NCBI RefSeq assembly: GCF_006345805.1
Contig: NC_043010.1
Location: 44,144,001 to 44,208,000 of the forward strand
DNA from: Octopus sinensis
Lineage: Eukaryota
Reading direction: 5' to 3'
DNA length: 64,000 nucleotides
This document shows, one piece after another, positions 24,745 to 37,280 of this stretch; the stretch's first letter is position 1; the number at the start of each line of letters is the position of its first letter. The notes below the pieces were generated by a model that worked only from the letters and a program-made list of their open reading frames with translations, had not been told where the DNA came from and did no database searches. Both the position numbers and the translations under genes were made by a program.

Positions 24745-24960
24745 CAAAGGCTTTCCAGAAAAATAGCATCAATAGTGTTTCTCCTAGGTACAAAACCAAA
24801 CTGCATCTCATCCAGGCTCTCTTCCTTATTAGTTGAGCTACGACCCTCTCTAACTTCCATAGTCTTGTCCAGCAATCTGATACCTCTGTAATTATTCTTG
24901 TCTAAGGTGTCACCTTTATCTTTGTAGCAGTAGCAGTTTACTATAATGCTGCTACACCAG
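24745..24960 (-). mobile_element. RTE LINE RT fragment
   Basis: Reverse translation IVNC..KDKGDTLDKNNYRGIRLLD...LDEMQFGFVP..NTIDAIF, homologous to 14760-14950. Confidence 0.8.
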
Positions 24961-25177
24961 TCATTGGCACATCTATTTCTGCTATATTTCTATAGCTATT
25001 TCTCATTAATACCATCTTGGATTCATAATAACAAAACATACCCATACAGAAAAAAAAAAAGGAGAAATGGATGCTAAAATGATAAAAAGTAAGCATACTC
25101 ATCTAGAATATAAATTCATTTATATAGTTTTGCTTTTCCTTTTTTTTAACTTTTTATGCTCACAATCTCTAACTGGA

Positions 25178-25510
25178 ATAATGTTGAGTCTCACAGAGGC
25201 AATGACAAGTGACACAGACTGTTGGCAATTTGCTGTGCTTAAGAAGACACATCAAGCTAAGTAAAATCATAGTTGTGGTGACACATGAAAAGCACCAGTG
25301 ACATGTAGAAGGTACTTGTTCCAGTGACATATAAAAGGCACCTGGCACACTTTCTGGAGTAACTGGTGTTAGGAAGGGCATTCAGCCAGAGAAAGTAAGC
25401 CAAAACGGACTGGAGCTTGGTTCAGCTCACTGGCTTACTAATTCCAGTCAAACTGTCTAACCTATGCCAGATGAAAAACAGACTCTAAACAATGATGATA
25501 ATGATTGGTA
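25178..25510 (+). mobile_element. RTE LINE 3' end (ORF C-terminus, 3' UTR and ATG tail)
   Basis: LSLTEAMTSDTDCWQFAVLKKTHQAK*, then gtgacac..aaaagcacc repeats, ggtgttaggaagggcatt, and aatgatgataatga tail. Confidence 0.8.
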
Positions 25511-26829
25511 TGCAGGTCTGGAGTAGATGGGTTGAGTTTCAAGTTGAACCTGGGTTGCTCAAATATATATATGTATTGGGGAGGGAGTGCTAATTGGATT
25601 TTCCCAGCTGAGAGAAATAAAATTATGTCCTCTGTGCCATAGGAATGACATTTCATGTGAGTACTGAACATGTTTAGTGTAATAAAAAAATGTAGTTAGA
25701 TTATATGTACTGGATTATTGAAAGTTCAACTTTGCTGCTAACATTGGCTGTTTTCAAATACATTTGATAAAATTGTTTTGGGGAAGAATGAACTGAAGAT
25801 ATCTCTCATACATGCAGTTGTTCTAGAAGGCTATTAATCCATCGACTTACTATCTTTGTATACTTAATTTCATGACTACTTTGCAAGTATGAAGTCACAT
25901 ATTTAGTTTAAGGAAGGGGAAATTTGCATTGTAATATTCACATTTTTAACCTCAAATTAAATTTGTCAGTGCAAGACAAGTGAAACTGGGGACTAAATAA
26001 ATTACACTGAAGATGGAAATTTGGTTTTTAACTAAATGGTGGTCAATGTACATTTGTTCAATTCATAAGCTGTACAACAATCCTTGCAAAATATTCTTAT
26101 TTGCAAAACAATCCAGTAAAAACCTCCCTGCCAGCTTTTAATGACCAGGCTCAGTGTTTTAGGAGAGTAAATTTGTATCTGAATTCGAACAACAAATAAT
26201 CACCGAACGCACTATGAAAGATGACTGGTATCATGAATACAGTGGAGAGTTAATTTAAAAAGGAAAAGAAACATAAATAAGTTTTAATTTGTTTATTTGC
26301 AATTTTACAATGTTAACATCAATTCAGTAAAAATTTCCACAACTGCCTCCTGCCTAAGGCCTTTGTACAGATGCAAAAGATCATGCATTTCAGCCAGACT
26401 GTTTAAGGCTGTCAAATGTTTATCTTGTCTTATTATTGTGTGCATGTCTCCTGATGTCTGCATCCTTTGTTGACAAAAGAAGTCCAAATAAGCTTACTTT
26501 TCATGCTCTGTGAAATTCATTCTCATTTACACAAACACCTAACCCTTTTCACTCTCAAAAATCATAAAACATTAAGTTCTTTCTTCCTTAAAACTTCCAA
26601 GTGATCACAGTTTTTGACTGAAGATGTGTGTATAGTTTAGACTTTTGTAAGCTGCCTAAGTACTGGATAGTCAGGGCACTGTTTGAAGTCTTAGTATTTA
26701 TGTTGTATACATAGCCAGCAGAGCAAGTTCACTACAGTGTTTGTAATTCAACACATATCACATCAAAATGAGAATAGTACATAGTGAATACATTTCACTG
26801 AAACCGTTCTCTAAATAATGCTTTGTTGT

Positions 26830-27245
26830 AATGCTTTCACAAGTAGCATCAAGTGGATGTAGAATACAGATGATACCAGTGTCCAACAAAACTCATGATC
26901 AGCTTACAGATTATGCTCATGGATTTGAGTGCAAGGACCTTGCTCAGCCCATAGGCATTAATTTGAAGTCTGTAAACAGAATAATTGACTATAAAAAATG
27001 AGAAGCATTACTCAAAGACTGTAAATGCTGGTTCTAGTGCCTGAGAATAGAAACTGACTCAATCTTATTACTAGACATGCATGTACTAAATGGTTTGTGA
27101 AAACTAATTCCTTTTGGAAAATCAGTAATTTTTGTGGATGAATGTGGCTTCAACCTTCACACTACCAGCAACTGTAGCTGAACCTTAATAAGCCAACCTG
27201 CAATTAGAACTGTTCACAGACAAGCAGGCAAAAATCTCAAGTACA
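26830..27245 (+). mobile_element. Degenerate Tc1/IS630-like transposase fragment
   Basis: KSVIFVDECGFNLHT...QPAIRTV...GKN resembles the first catalytic Asp region (IFIDESGFNL) of IS630-Tc1 transposases. Confidence 0.55.
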
Positions 27246-30009
27246 GAAGGTTTATTCTTGACAGAATTTCATACTTATGCACATCAGATGCAGTTTCTTT
27301 GCTTTTTAGCTGAACATTTCGAAGGCCAGGAATATATTTTTATATTCAACAATGTAACAATTTATTGTGGAATCAAAGTTTCCATTTAAGATATTCGTAA
27401 TTGTTTGCAACATCTAAAGGTGTATTTGCTTATGCTTAATCTGATAAAAAAAACAAAAACATTTCCTGCATATAAAATACAAACAGAAAGCAGAACTTTT
27501 AGACATTTGTGTAGAAATGGCAGGACAATTCTGCAGGTATTACAAAAGTTACAAATCAAAATAATAATCATTATGAGAACCATATGATGAGCTATTTACC
27601 TCACTGCTTGGCTGATCAAAACTTCAAATTAACCAAGCAGGTTTACATTGTTGACACCGTTCAATGATGTTTTGATGTTTTGCTTTGGTGTATTTCCTAT
27701 TACAGAAATCTTTCAGTGTTAATCTCACTTTGGAACCACTCTGCCCACTTTGAAGTAAAATCTGTTAAGTTGGAATTACAAATACAGTAATAAACACTTA
27801 TTTTTAACATGATCACACTGCCTGTAGTGTTGTGGGCTTTATGAAGTTGTAGTTACTATTTTATAGCCAGATGGACTGAGCCATTTGAGAACAAAGTAGA
27901 TTACCAGTGGACACACTATAAAATTAGCCAGCAAATAGCTCTTCTAAAACAGTGCAGAATATTTTTATCCCAGCCTACAGTTATTCAGAACACAAGAACA
28001 AAATACTTAAATACTGACAAAATAACAACATAAAAAGATACAAAAAAAGAGAAAAACATCAGAAAAAATTTGTAAAACGAAAATAAATGGCATTGTGAAG
28101 CAGTAAACTTAAACTAAATAGGGAGCTAAACAGTTATGGACAGTTTCCAAATGGGAAGAATTACCTGAGGATTAAATACTCATTCTTTAAAAATAATTTA
28201 TGTCAAACATTGGCAGGATAGAGGGTAAAAAGGGGGAAGGGTGGATATCTATTTTTTTCTTTTTCCATAATTTTTTAAAGTTTCATGGGAGAGGGAATAA
28301 GTATTAAAAAAAAAAAAAAAATTTTTTGTGTTTATGTTTCTAAGCTTGTTTCTCCATTCTGATTTCATTTTCCTTTTTTTTTTTTATATGAACAGAAATG
28401 TCAGACTAGACATTTTAGTTAGGGTAGTAATGTTATTGCATTAGTGCTGAACTCTGTCTGTATCTAAGAAATATTAATTTTCTTTTGATTAGAAAAAGAA
28501 AGGAAAACAAAGAAAGCTCCTAACAATGAAGAATGTTTTACAAAAACCATTTAAAAAAAAATTTTTTTCTTGGACTGTTTCCTTCTGAAATACAAAGGAT
28601 TTTGTAAAACTTTCTGCATTATTAGAAACTTTCTTTATTTTCCTCTTTTTTTCTACTTCTGTACTACAATACTTCAAGCAAACTCTAACACTCTTATTTC
28701 TTTGATTAATCTAAATCTAATCTTAATAAAACTATTGTCATTAATTCTTGATCAACTCCATGTTGCTTTCTGCAACAATCTTCCCATTCTCATTCATATA
28801 TAACACTCAACCACTTTCACTCATACAGATAAACCAAACAGTCTCATGCGATTTGCAACCACATCTACAAAATCACAGACTCTGAAACTTCTCTGATATA
28901 CACACACACATGCTTGTATTAAATAGATTATGTGCTTTAGCAGTATCATTTAAACAATTAACATTGATGAAGATAGCTTCTTTAAATTTACAGCCAATAA
29001 GTTTTTTTTGCTTATTCTTCAAATGCTGGCAAACTACGCTGATAAAAAATCTTAAAATTTTAATAAATATTTTAATTCAAACTTTAGATTTATTAAACTA
29101 AATCTTTGAAAAATTTGCAATTATTTTTCTGCCAAAGCAAAACTCATTGATATTTAAAATCAGTATTATAAAGGGCTTGGTAAAATAATGATTATTAATA
29201 GCTTTTCTACTGCAACTTTGGTAAAATGTATAAGAAATAAGGGTTGTTGGATGGTGGTATTGTTAGCTATTTTGAATACTATCTCAGGTCAAGTACTTCT
29301 CAGTCCCTTTCAGTAACAAAATAAGATGAAATTAACTAAGCCCATTTTAAAATCTTGAAACGGATTCCACTTCCTCTTTTTTCTGTTAAAAAAAAATCCA
29401 ATTCACAAACTGACTACAACATATCTAACTGCTTCGGATCCAGTTAGCATAGTATTTATCATGTTAAGTACTGTGTTGTAAAAATAAGCTCTTGAGAAAT
29501 AAAGACTATAACCTAAATAAATTTTATAAGTAGAGCCATTTAACTACAGTCACTGCTACAAAACAAAACATCAACACAATCATCTCCCTAAAATTTAAAA
29601 CTTTGGGCCTGTGATCTATGTGAGAATTATGGTGTTTTGACTCGTTAAATACTTTGCAGGAAAAAATCTACATCAATACTTATATAACTTTTACCTCTAC
29701 TTCCTTGTATACTCTGGTTTTATATGGCAAGGTTTAAAAAGTTAATGAATGGTCTGGAGAAAAATTCACGTTATTTCCAGAAATGTCACACAAATGAATC
29801 CAAAGATCCTGTGTTTGGAGCTCAATAAAACTATTAATGGTTTCTCCCATTGGTACAAGTTTCAACTGTGGATTGGCAAATGGAACAGTTAGACTTATTA
29901 AAGCAAAATCATAATTTCTAATATAGACACAAGACCACATTTTGGGAGAGCAATTTATATATATCTGATTATTTAGGGCCAAGTAATTTGACTGGGAAAA
30001 CGAAAAGCA

Positions 30010-30105
30010 AATTTAACCGTAGCAGGATTTGAACTCAGAATGTAAAAAGACAACAAAATACTGCAAGACATTTTTATCCACTGATCTACTAATTCTGTCA
30101 CTCCA
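30010..30105 (-). mobile_element. SINE family C head fragment
   Basis: gcaggatttgaactcagaatgtaaa...gacatttt...ctaattctgtca. Confidence 0.6.
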
Positions 30106-31714
30106 TCAATACAAAATAAGTGTGAAAACTAATCAATTAAGCAGCCATGTTTACTAATATAACCCAATAAGCTTCTATGTCAATCACTGGACATTCTAAT
30201 GTAGCAGGCAATCAGCATACAACCAGATGAGGGGAAGGTAGGGAACTGGAGAAAAGAAAATGGCTTTGAAGATAATATTAAAGCAGTATGAAGGAAACTG
30301 TTCAGAAGTAAACAGTGTCTCTTGAGGAGGACCCTTTATTATTAGCTATGCCGCAGGGAACAGTTGGCAACTGATAAAATCATCAGGCTCAGGAGTTAAT
30401 GGATAACCTACTCTCTGGTAAGTGATCTAGTGAAAACCTTATATCACTGATATTAATTACAACAATGCTGTTTCACTGGGAATATTTTTATTCTTAAACA
30501 TTCAACTATGAAGTGAAAATATCATCTAGGCAGACTAAGGCAACAGAGTAACTTGCTCTGCTAAGGAGCACATCACTACCTTTTTTTTTTCTCACTAAGA
30601 TAGCAACCAACATGGAGTGGAAAGCTCCAGATTTGACAAGACAACTTCTCTAGTTCTCGCCCATTTTCTTCATAGTGATTCAGATTATTACAGAGTGGTG
30701 TCATAGGCAGAAAGCATAAGATGAGAATTTCTATAGTGCTGGTGCCAATGGCAACAGTTGTAGAACTCCAGCATATTCTCATGCCAGAGGATGCAGAATT
30801 AAAAATGGAGGGATGATTTATTGGATTTAATTTGAGCTAACATGAAAAATGTCTAACCGATAACAATGATGAAGTTCTTCAATTAATATTCCTGAATGCA
30901 ACAGAGAACGTTATTTTAGACTGTTCCAGTCTATAATTAATTTTTTGGTTGTCGAAGTAAGTAATAATACCTACCATACAAACGATGCGATAAAATTTGA
31001 GGCAGGGGAAAAAAATCAATTAAACTGATATCAGTATTTGACCAATACTTTTTATCAATCTAGTACCTATTCTTGACAGCTATGTGTATTGCCAAATACA
31101 CAACAAAATACATTATTTATGATGATAATGATGATGATAAATGAACTGACTGCAGTATATGACTGGTACTTAAAAGCTTCCATTCTAGAATTGTAACAAA
31201 AAAAAATTCTGGTGATTAAAGAATTAAAAAAATTTCTTTTAAATTCTTTAAATAAATAAATAAATAAACTTTATTTTAAATTTATTTTTATTTAATAATA
31301 AACATAATTTCATCAGAACATGGGCTTTTAAAGTGAATAAATTCACAGGGGTTTCAGAAAATAATCTGGACGACAATGGGGAATTGTATCAACCACTTAT
31401 CTGTAATTAAACTGTAAGTGATTGGAGACTGAGAAAGGGAAGGACTAGGAAAGGCATAAAGCACAAAAAGTTGAGGAAAAGTTTTGGTCTCTGATTCCAG
31501 CAGAGCCCTCGGGTTACAACATAAGGAGGGAGAATCCAAGAAAGCAATGATATCAACTATATTAAGAAGAACATTGACCAGAGCCAGATCATATAATCTG
31601 AGAGATTCAAGCGCCAATCAAAAGGTATTTCAATATTGTTTACTAGGCAAACGGTAAAACAGTATTGAACTTGTGAAATATAACATTTTATCTTTATGCA
31701 AATACACACGTTTG

Positions 31715-31960
31715 ATGTATGTCTGTGTGTGTATATGTGTATGTATGTATATATGTATATATTACATATGTATATATATATATTTATAATTATATGTATG
31801 CATGTATATATATATTTATAATTATTTATATATATATATATATATGTATTACATGTGTATATATATTCATAATTATATATATATAACTATATATGTATAT
31901 ATAATTATATATACACATACGCACACACACCAGAGTGTGCCTGAATGCACAATGTGTGTG
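31715..31960. repeat. Compound (AT)n/(ACAT)n/(AC)n microsatellite, probably in the TACC 3' UTR region
   Basis: Directly visible low-complexity tract. Confidence 0.9.
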
Positions 31961-32616
31961 TGTAAAGATGTATACAAAATACACACTCACTATTGTAGCA
32001 ATTATATATATCTTTGTGTGTATGCATGAACAACATATACATCCTTATATAAATACAAAAAATATAATTGAACTATGGTTCTTGTGTAAAAGAGCAAGTT
32101 ATTTTAAATCACAGATCAACAGTAATGAGAAAAAAATTACAGTTTAAATGTGAAATTTTGTGGGGAAAAAAAAAAACAAAAAAAATTTGTTTCCAAGTTC
32201 AGTGTTGAAGAACTTCAACAGTAACAAAAATATAAAATAAATAAAAAGACCTCTAATAGGTCAAATTGATATGCACTGACACTGTTTTTAAGAGTAATAT
32301 ATTTCTTAAGTTAAGCACAAAACATTTTCATATTGCTTCAATGAAAGTTAAACATTGGCTAAAGAGATAGTAACTGAAAAAATATGAAATAAAAATAATA
32401 CATTGCTTACAGTAAGTTCAGTGCTAACACTAATATATAACAAAAGATTGTAGTGAATCAGAAAACGAAAAATATACATTCAAAGTTTGGAATAAACAAC
32501 AGAAGAACAAGGAATCAAAGATTTTATGTAGAGAGGAGATAGCAAAGAAAAAAATGATAAAGCTAAATGATAGTCTGTTAGAAAGGGATAGGGGGTGGGT
32601 AATTAATAAGTCACTG

Positions 32617-32685
32617 CTACGACACATCTCCAACTTTAGCAATCAATTCATCACAGATGGCAGTTAATTCCTGATTCTCTAATGC
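32617..32685 (-). CDS. TACC: TACC terminal coding exon (ALENQELTAICDELIAKVGDVS*)
   Basis: cttttag|GCA acceptor; TAG stop at 32619-32617. Confidence 0.95.
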   Translation of the reverse strand, partial: ALENQELTAICDELIAKVGDVS

Positions 32686-33049
32686 CTAAAAGAAAAAAGA
32701 AAAAAAAAGAGATCAATTAATGTTCAAGACAAGGAACTGTGGACATCTCTGGTAGAGAAGAGTTAATGCTATTTATTTGGGAAACCTACTTTTTTTTCTT
32801 TTAGCTGAAATCCTGCTTACATTAATATTTTTTCTTTCCTTTTGTCAGTAAATAAAAATATAAGTACCATATTAACTGCTTAACCATCAGATTTCTTTGC
32901 TTAAACGTAATGCTTATTTATTCACATTGTTTTGAATTAATCTCACATTATTTTGTAGCTTTGAGATTTCAATGGTAAACACATGTTCAGACTAAACTAA
33001 GGAAAAAAAAGGAGTGGGTACTAAGAAAAAAAGAAAGAAAATTACTTAC

Positions 33050-33170
33050 TTTCTGTTCTATTGTCCTTTCCATGGACTGAACCTGAACCTCACTCTTTTT
33101 CAATGCAGCTTCCAATTTTGCAATTTCTGCAGAAGTACTACGTCGCACTTTATCTATTTCAGAGTTGGCT
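33050..33170 (-). CDS. TACC: TACC coding exon (ANSEIDKVRR...MERTIEQK)
   Basis: ttaccag|A acceptor, AAA|gtaagt donor; 121 nt, phase 2 to 0. Confidence 0.95.
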
Positions 33171-33429
33171 CTGGTAAGAAAACAAAATGAATAAGATTTA
33201 ATGAAATGTAATAGAAGACTTTATAAGCTAGTAGCAAACACTCTACATCAGAAGTCCTCAGCCTTCTTGTATCTAAGACCATTCTTATAAGTCTCAGTGA
33301 TGGTACCAATTTATTTGAAAGACAAATTAATAGTTGGACCTATACATAAACATCAAACACAAGAACAAAGATAAATTAATGTGAAACAGCTATATTTTTA
33401 TGCAAAAAAAAAAAAAAATTTAGAAGTAA

Positions 33430-34570
33430 TTTAAAAATAATGTAATTTTTGGCACTGAATTTCACTGGCCGATGCCTCAAAATGGTGATGATGTGCCTGT
33501 TTGTAAATGGTCATCAAAATAAAATATACATTGATAAATTGAGATCTATAGTTTGAGCATTATAATGCTAAAAGTTGAAAACAGATTCACATAGCTAAGT
33601 TGATCCAAAAGAGGTTTTATTCTGTATGCCATTCATTTTAAAAATGGAAATATTTTCCTAATAACCAAATCTCAAAAGTTACCTGCAAAAAAGGATTTTA
33701 GCTCAAAATCTCAAGTTTCAAATATTCTATTCTTATCTGAACAAGTCTTCCAACAGATTCATTTGAATCTGTTAGATTTATGTAACATGTAAAAGGATTT
33801 AGATTTTAAAAAAAGTGATAACTAGCTCCATGATAGTAACGCAAACTTTTTACAGACTATTCTGGCAGATAAGAAATGATGAAAAGTTAGCGTCATGATT
33901 AGTTGTACATGTCATTTTTGGAAAATGTACATGAAATTTGATCTTCAGCTGAAAAATCTACAAAATCAGTTTTTCTTTAAATAATTTTACAGGGCTTATC
34001 AGTAACCTTTCTCTCCAAGCTCCAAGTTTAAAGAATTTGAGTTGTCTGTGATAAAACACCCACATCCACTGACTAGCAAGAGTAATTTTGTTGGTTAATA
34101 TTTTGATTTTGGGGTTTGAGAAAATGTTGTTTCTTCAATTAAACTTATAAACCTTATAAGAACTTTGTCATTATTTAGCCATCATACTTCTGTATGTAAG
34201 ATGAGATCAGGTTTATCATCTGTATTTTTTTCTGTAAAACTCTGAAAAGTCAATGAAGCACTTAAGTTGTTGATTGTTTTATAACATCATTCATGACATA
34301 ATTAGGTGAAAGTATTTTGCCACACAATGCTTCTTGATGGATAGATAGTATATTGGAATGACAGGGTTTGGAAAAAATTTATCCTTTTTTACAGAGTGCA
34401 ATACATTCTTTGACAATGATGTCCATTGCTAGTGCCCTGTTAGTGGTGATCACAGACAGTATGTTCAGAAGCATATGTACTGATACTGCATATAGTTTGA
34501 ATGTTATAATATTCTTATCCTTTCATTGGCAATATTTTGAATAACTATTGAAAACTTTGCCTACAACACT
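33430..34570 (-). mobile_element. Degenerate hAT (SPIN/Buster-like) transposase in a TACC intron
   Basis: Ordered motifs on the minus strand: SVITTNRALAM (TTDGAPAM), IHQEALCGKIL, DLILHTEV*WL..KVL.RF and FGST*LCESVF. Confidence 0.85.
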
Positions 34571-34714
34571 CACTAAATACCATTCTTACCCTAACTTTTA
34601 GCTAAGTTATGTCTGATAAGAGCTGGAAGAAATGGATACTTAGAAGCATTTCTTCTGTCTCATTATGTTCTGAATACAAATTCTGCCAGCTTTATCTTCA
34701 ATCGTTTTGGGGTC

Positions 34715-34805
34715 AATAAAATAAAGCACCAGCCAGGTACTGGGGGTTGATGCAATTAACTTGCCCTTACCTACCAAAAATTGCTGGCCTGGAGCTAAAA
34801 TTAAA
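34715..34805 (+). mobile_element. SINE family C 3' half
   Basis: ggggtcaataaaataaag...tactgggggttgatgcaatt...ttgctggcc. Confidence 0.6.
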
Positions 34806-35353
34806 TAAATAGATAAAACTGTAATTTGAACTAATCACATATTACTCAGATAATCTTTCACTGAATTTGCCTTTCAATTGAAATTACTTGTATACTTGTA
34901 ATGTTGTCTAATAATGTATATATCTTGTATTGTTGATACAATCTCATGTTAGAAAACCCATTGAATAAGCTATTACTACCATTTGGAAATACTTCTTTTA
35001 ACAACTCATCACACTGGAATGTTTTTCTTCCTTTTTTTTTTAATTTTTATGAGAAAGTGTGAGAAATTCTGACAGAATAGTAGTATTTTTAGATTTTACC
35101 ACATTTCAAGTAAAAAAAAAAAAAAAAAAAAGCAGTAGCTGGATAGATAGACTTTAGTTGACTTATTTTCTGCTTTTAATTGGCTGCCTACTATTAAAAG
35201 ATAAGTGATTAGACTGTAAAGGATGTTCAACATTGTGTTTTTTTTCCCCTTCTTGATGCATCAACAATACCAGCAAACAATAAACAAATACTGAGGAAAG
35301 AATAGGCTTTGTTTCATTTTGTGTCAAAGTGGTACATTCTTTAGTTTAGGGAT

Positions 35354-35513
35354 GCCCTCCACCACTACTTGACAACTGGTGTTGTTATGTTTACGTCCCT
35401 GTAACTTAGTGATTCGGCAAAAGAGACTGATAGAATAAGTACCAGGCTCAAGAAATTTTCAATGCAATGTCCCAGTATGGCCACAGCCTAATGACTGAAA
35501 CAAGTAAAAGATA
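35354..35513 (+). mobile_element. SINE family A 3' half
   Basis: cttgacaactggtg...gtaacttagtgattcggcaaaagagactgatagaataagtacc...gactgaaacaagtaaaag. Confidence 0.8.
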
Positions 35514-35514
35514 G

Positions 35515-35920
35515 CCAGTCCATATAAGGTCCATTTTCCATGCTGGTATGGGTCGGTCAGTTTAACTGGAGCTGGTAAGGCTAGGGGCTGCACTAGGCTG
35601 TTGTTTGTTCTGGTATGGTTTCTAGGGCTGGATGCCCATCCTAACACCAACCACCTTACAGAATGTACTGGGTGCTTTTTATGTGGTAACAGCACCAGTG
35701 TTTTGAATGTGGCATCAACACCAGTGCTTTTTACGTGGCACCAACACTGGTACCAATTCTGCTGTGGTGGACACGACTTCTTGAGTACAACAAGGTGCCA
35801 GATATCATGGTCCTTAGTCATCTCCTTTGTAAGGCTAAGTGTCTTGAGATTAGCTTTCAATGCTTTGTCCCATGTCTTCCTGGGTCATTCTCTTCCAGAA
35901 GTTCCATCCACAAGAGGGTT
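35515..35920 (-). mobile_element. RTE LINE 3' end, tail-to-tail with SINE A
   Basis: Reverse: GRE*PRKTWDKALKANLKTLSLTKEMTKDHDIWHLVVLKK, then the family B 3' UTR; near-identical to 40425-40770. Confidence 0.85.
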
Positions 35921-36250
35921 GATGGGTACCATGGTGCCTGTGGGGACACTATTAAGGATCTCAGTTCTACATGGTTATTTGACCTGCGATAAATAGTTGC
36001 TAAATCACCTACAAACTATACCCTATAGTTTTAAACAACAGAGACATTCAAGAATATGATGCAAGCCCTAACATGCCCAAAGAAAAACAAGACAAGGTAG
36101 CCATGTGGGAATGCCTTTCAACGTGGATCTACTCAGAGTTGTTTAGCTAAATTACAACACACTGTTCATAACAAGGAAATATTGAATTTCTTTCTTAGCT
36201 GTTAACCACTACATCTTAGTTAAGATTATTTCTCATGATCACTATGTCTT

Positions 36251-36464
36251 AATATTGGTTTCAAATTTTAGCACAAGGATAGCAATTTTGGGAGAGGGGT
36301 TAAGTCACATTGATCCCAGTGCTCAACTGGTACTTATTTTATCGACTCTGAAAAGATGAAAGGCAAAGTCAACTTTGGCAGAATTTGAACTCATAACGTG
36401 AAGATAGGATGAAATGCTAAGCATTTTGTTTGGCACGCTAACAATTCGGCCGAATTGCTGCCTT
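36251..36464 (-). mobile_element. SINE family C, full length (left arm of inverted pair)
   Basis: Reverse complement of the family C head, core and tail. Confidence 0.85.
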
Positions 36465-36478
36465 ACCTCAACAAGTAT

Positions 36479-36696
36479 AAAGGCAGTGAGCTGGCTGAAT
36501 TGTTAGCACACCAGGCAAAATGCTTAGTGGTATTTTGTCTGCACATTCTGAGTTTAAATTCCGTTAAGATCAACTTAGCTTTTCATCCTTTTAGGGCTGA
36601 TAAAATAAGGATTGGTTGAGCACTGGGGTCAATAGAATTTGACTTATCCCCTCCCCTAAACTTGCTGGCCTTGTGCCAAAATTTGAAACCAATATT
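36479..36696 (+). mobile_element. SINE family C, full length (right arm of inverted pair), probable TSD aacaagtat
   Basis: aaaggcagtgagctgg...gtgccaaaatttgaaaccaatatt; aacaagtat occurs on both sides (~36470 and ~36700). Confidence 0.85.
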
Positions 36697-36704
36697 AATA
36701 ACAA

Positions 36705-36852
36705 GTATGTCTAAGTTGACATTATTACCAATAAATAGTCACTAAGTTGATATTACTAATAATCACTGTCTTAGCTAATATTATTACTAATAACCACTAT
36801 GTCTCAGTTAGTATTACTACTAATAATTGTATCTAAGTTGATATTATTAACT
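36705..36852. repeat. Degenerate ~30-bp minisatellite, ~5 copies
   Basis: Unit approximately tatgtctaagttgatattattactaataatcac. Confidence 0.7.
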
Positions 36853-37066
36853 ATAAAAGTGATAGAAGTTAGAGCTGGTATAATGCTTGACTGATATTTA
36901 ATTGTTGGAGTTTACTTTTCATCTTTCTGAGGTCAGTATTATTGGCACCAGAAAGATATCCACTCAACAGTACCTTGTAGATTTGTGTCTTTGAGATAAG
37001 AAGACAATGTTATTACTAGCTTCAGTTGATCTAAAAATGTCATCCAGAACAATTTAATATACTCAC

Positions 37067-37173
37067 TTTTCTAGTTTATCTTCAGCTTGTTGTCGGATGG
37101 CAGCCAGTTTTTGTTCTGCTCGGGTGATTTTCTGTTGGTAGTCTTGGACGCATTTCTTTAAAATTTCTTCATT
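37067..37173 (-). CDS. TACC: TACC coding exon (NEEILKKCVQDY...AEDKLE-K)
   Basis: attcag|AAT acceptor, AA|gtgagt donor; 107 nt, phase 0 to 2. Confidence 0.95.
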
Positions 37174-37280
37174 CTGAATAAAAATAGATGGATTAATAAG
37201 CATTAAATACTGGAACAATTTTATTGAAATAATTCATATTCATGGAATCTTTATGCCTCCTCAGAACTATCCAAAAATAT

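Noticed and set aside
30576-30790. 68-aa minus-strand ORF as a small gene
   Set aside because: No motif or splice support; another frame weakly resembles a decayed LINE endonuclease (LSAYDTTL ~ ISAYAPTL), too weak to annotate.
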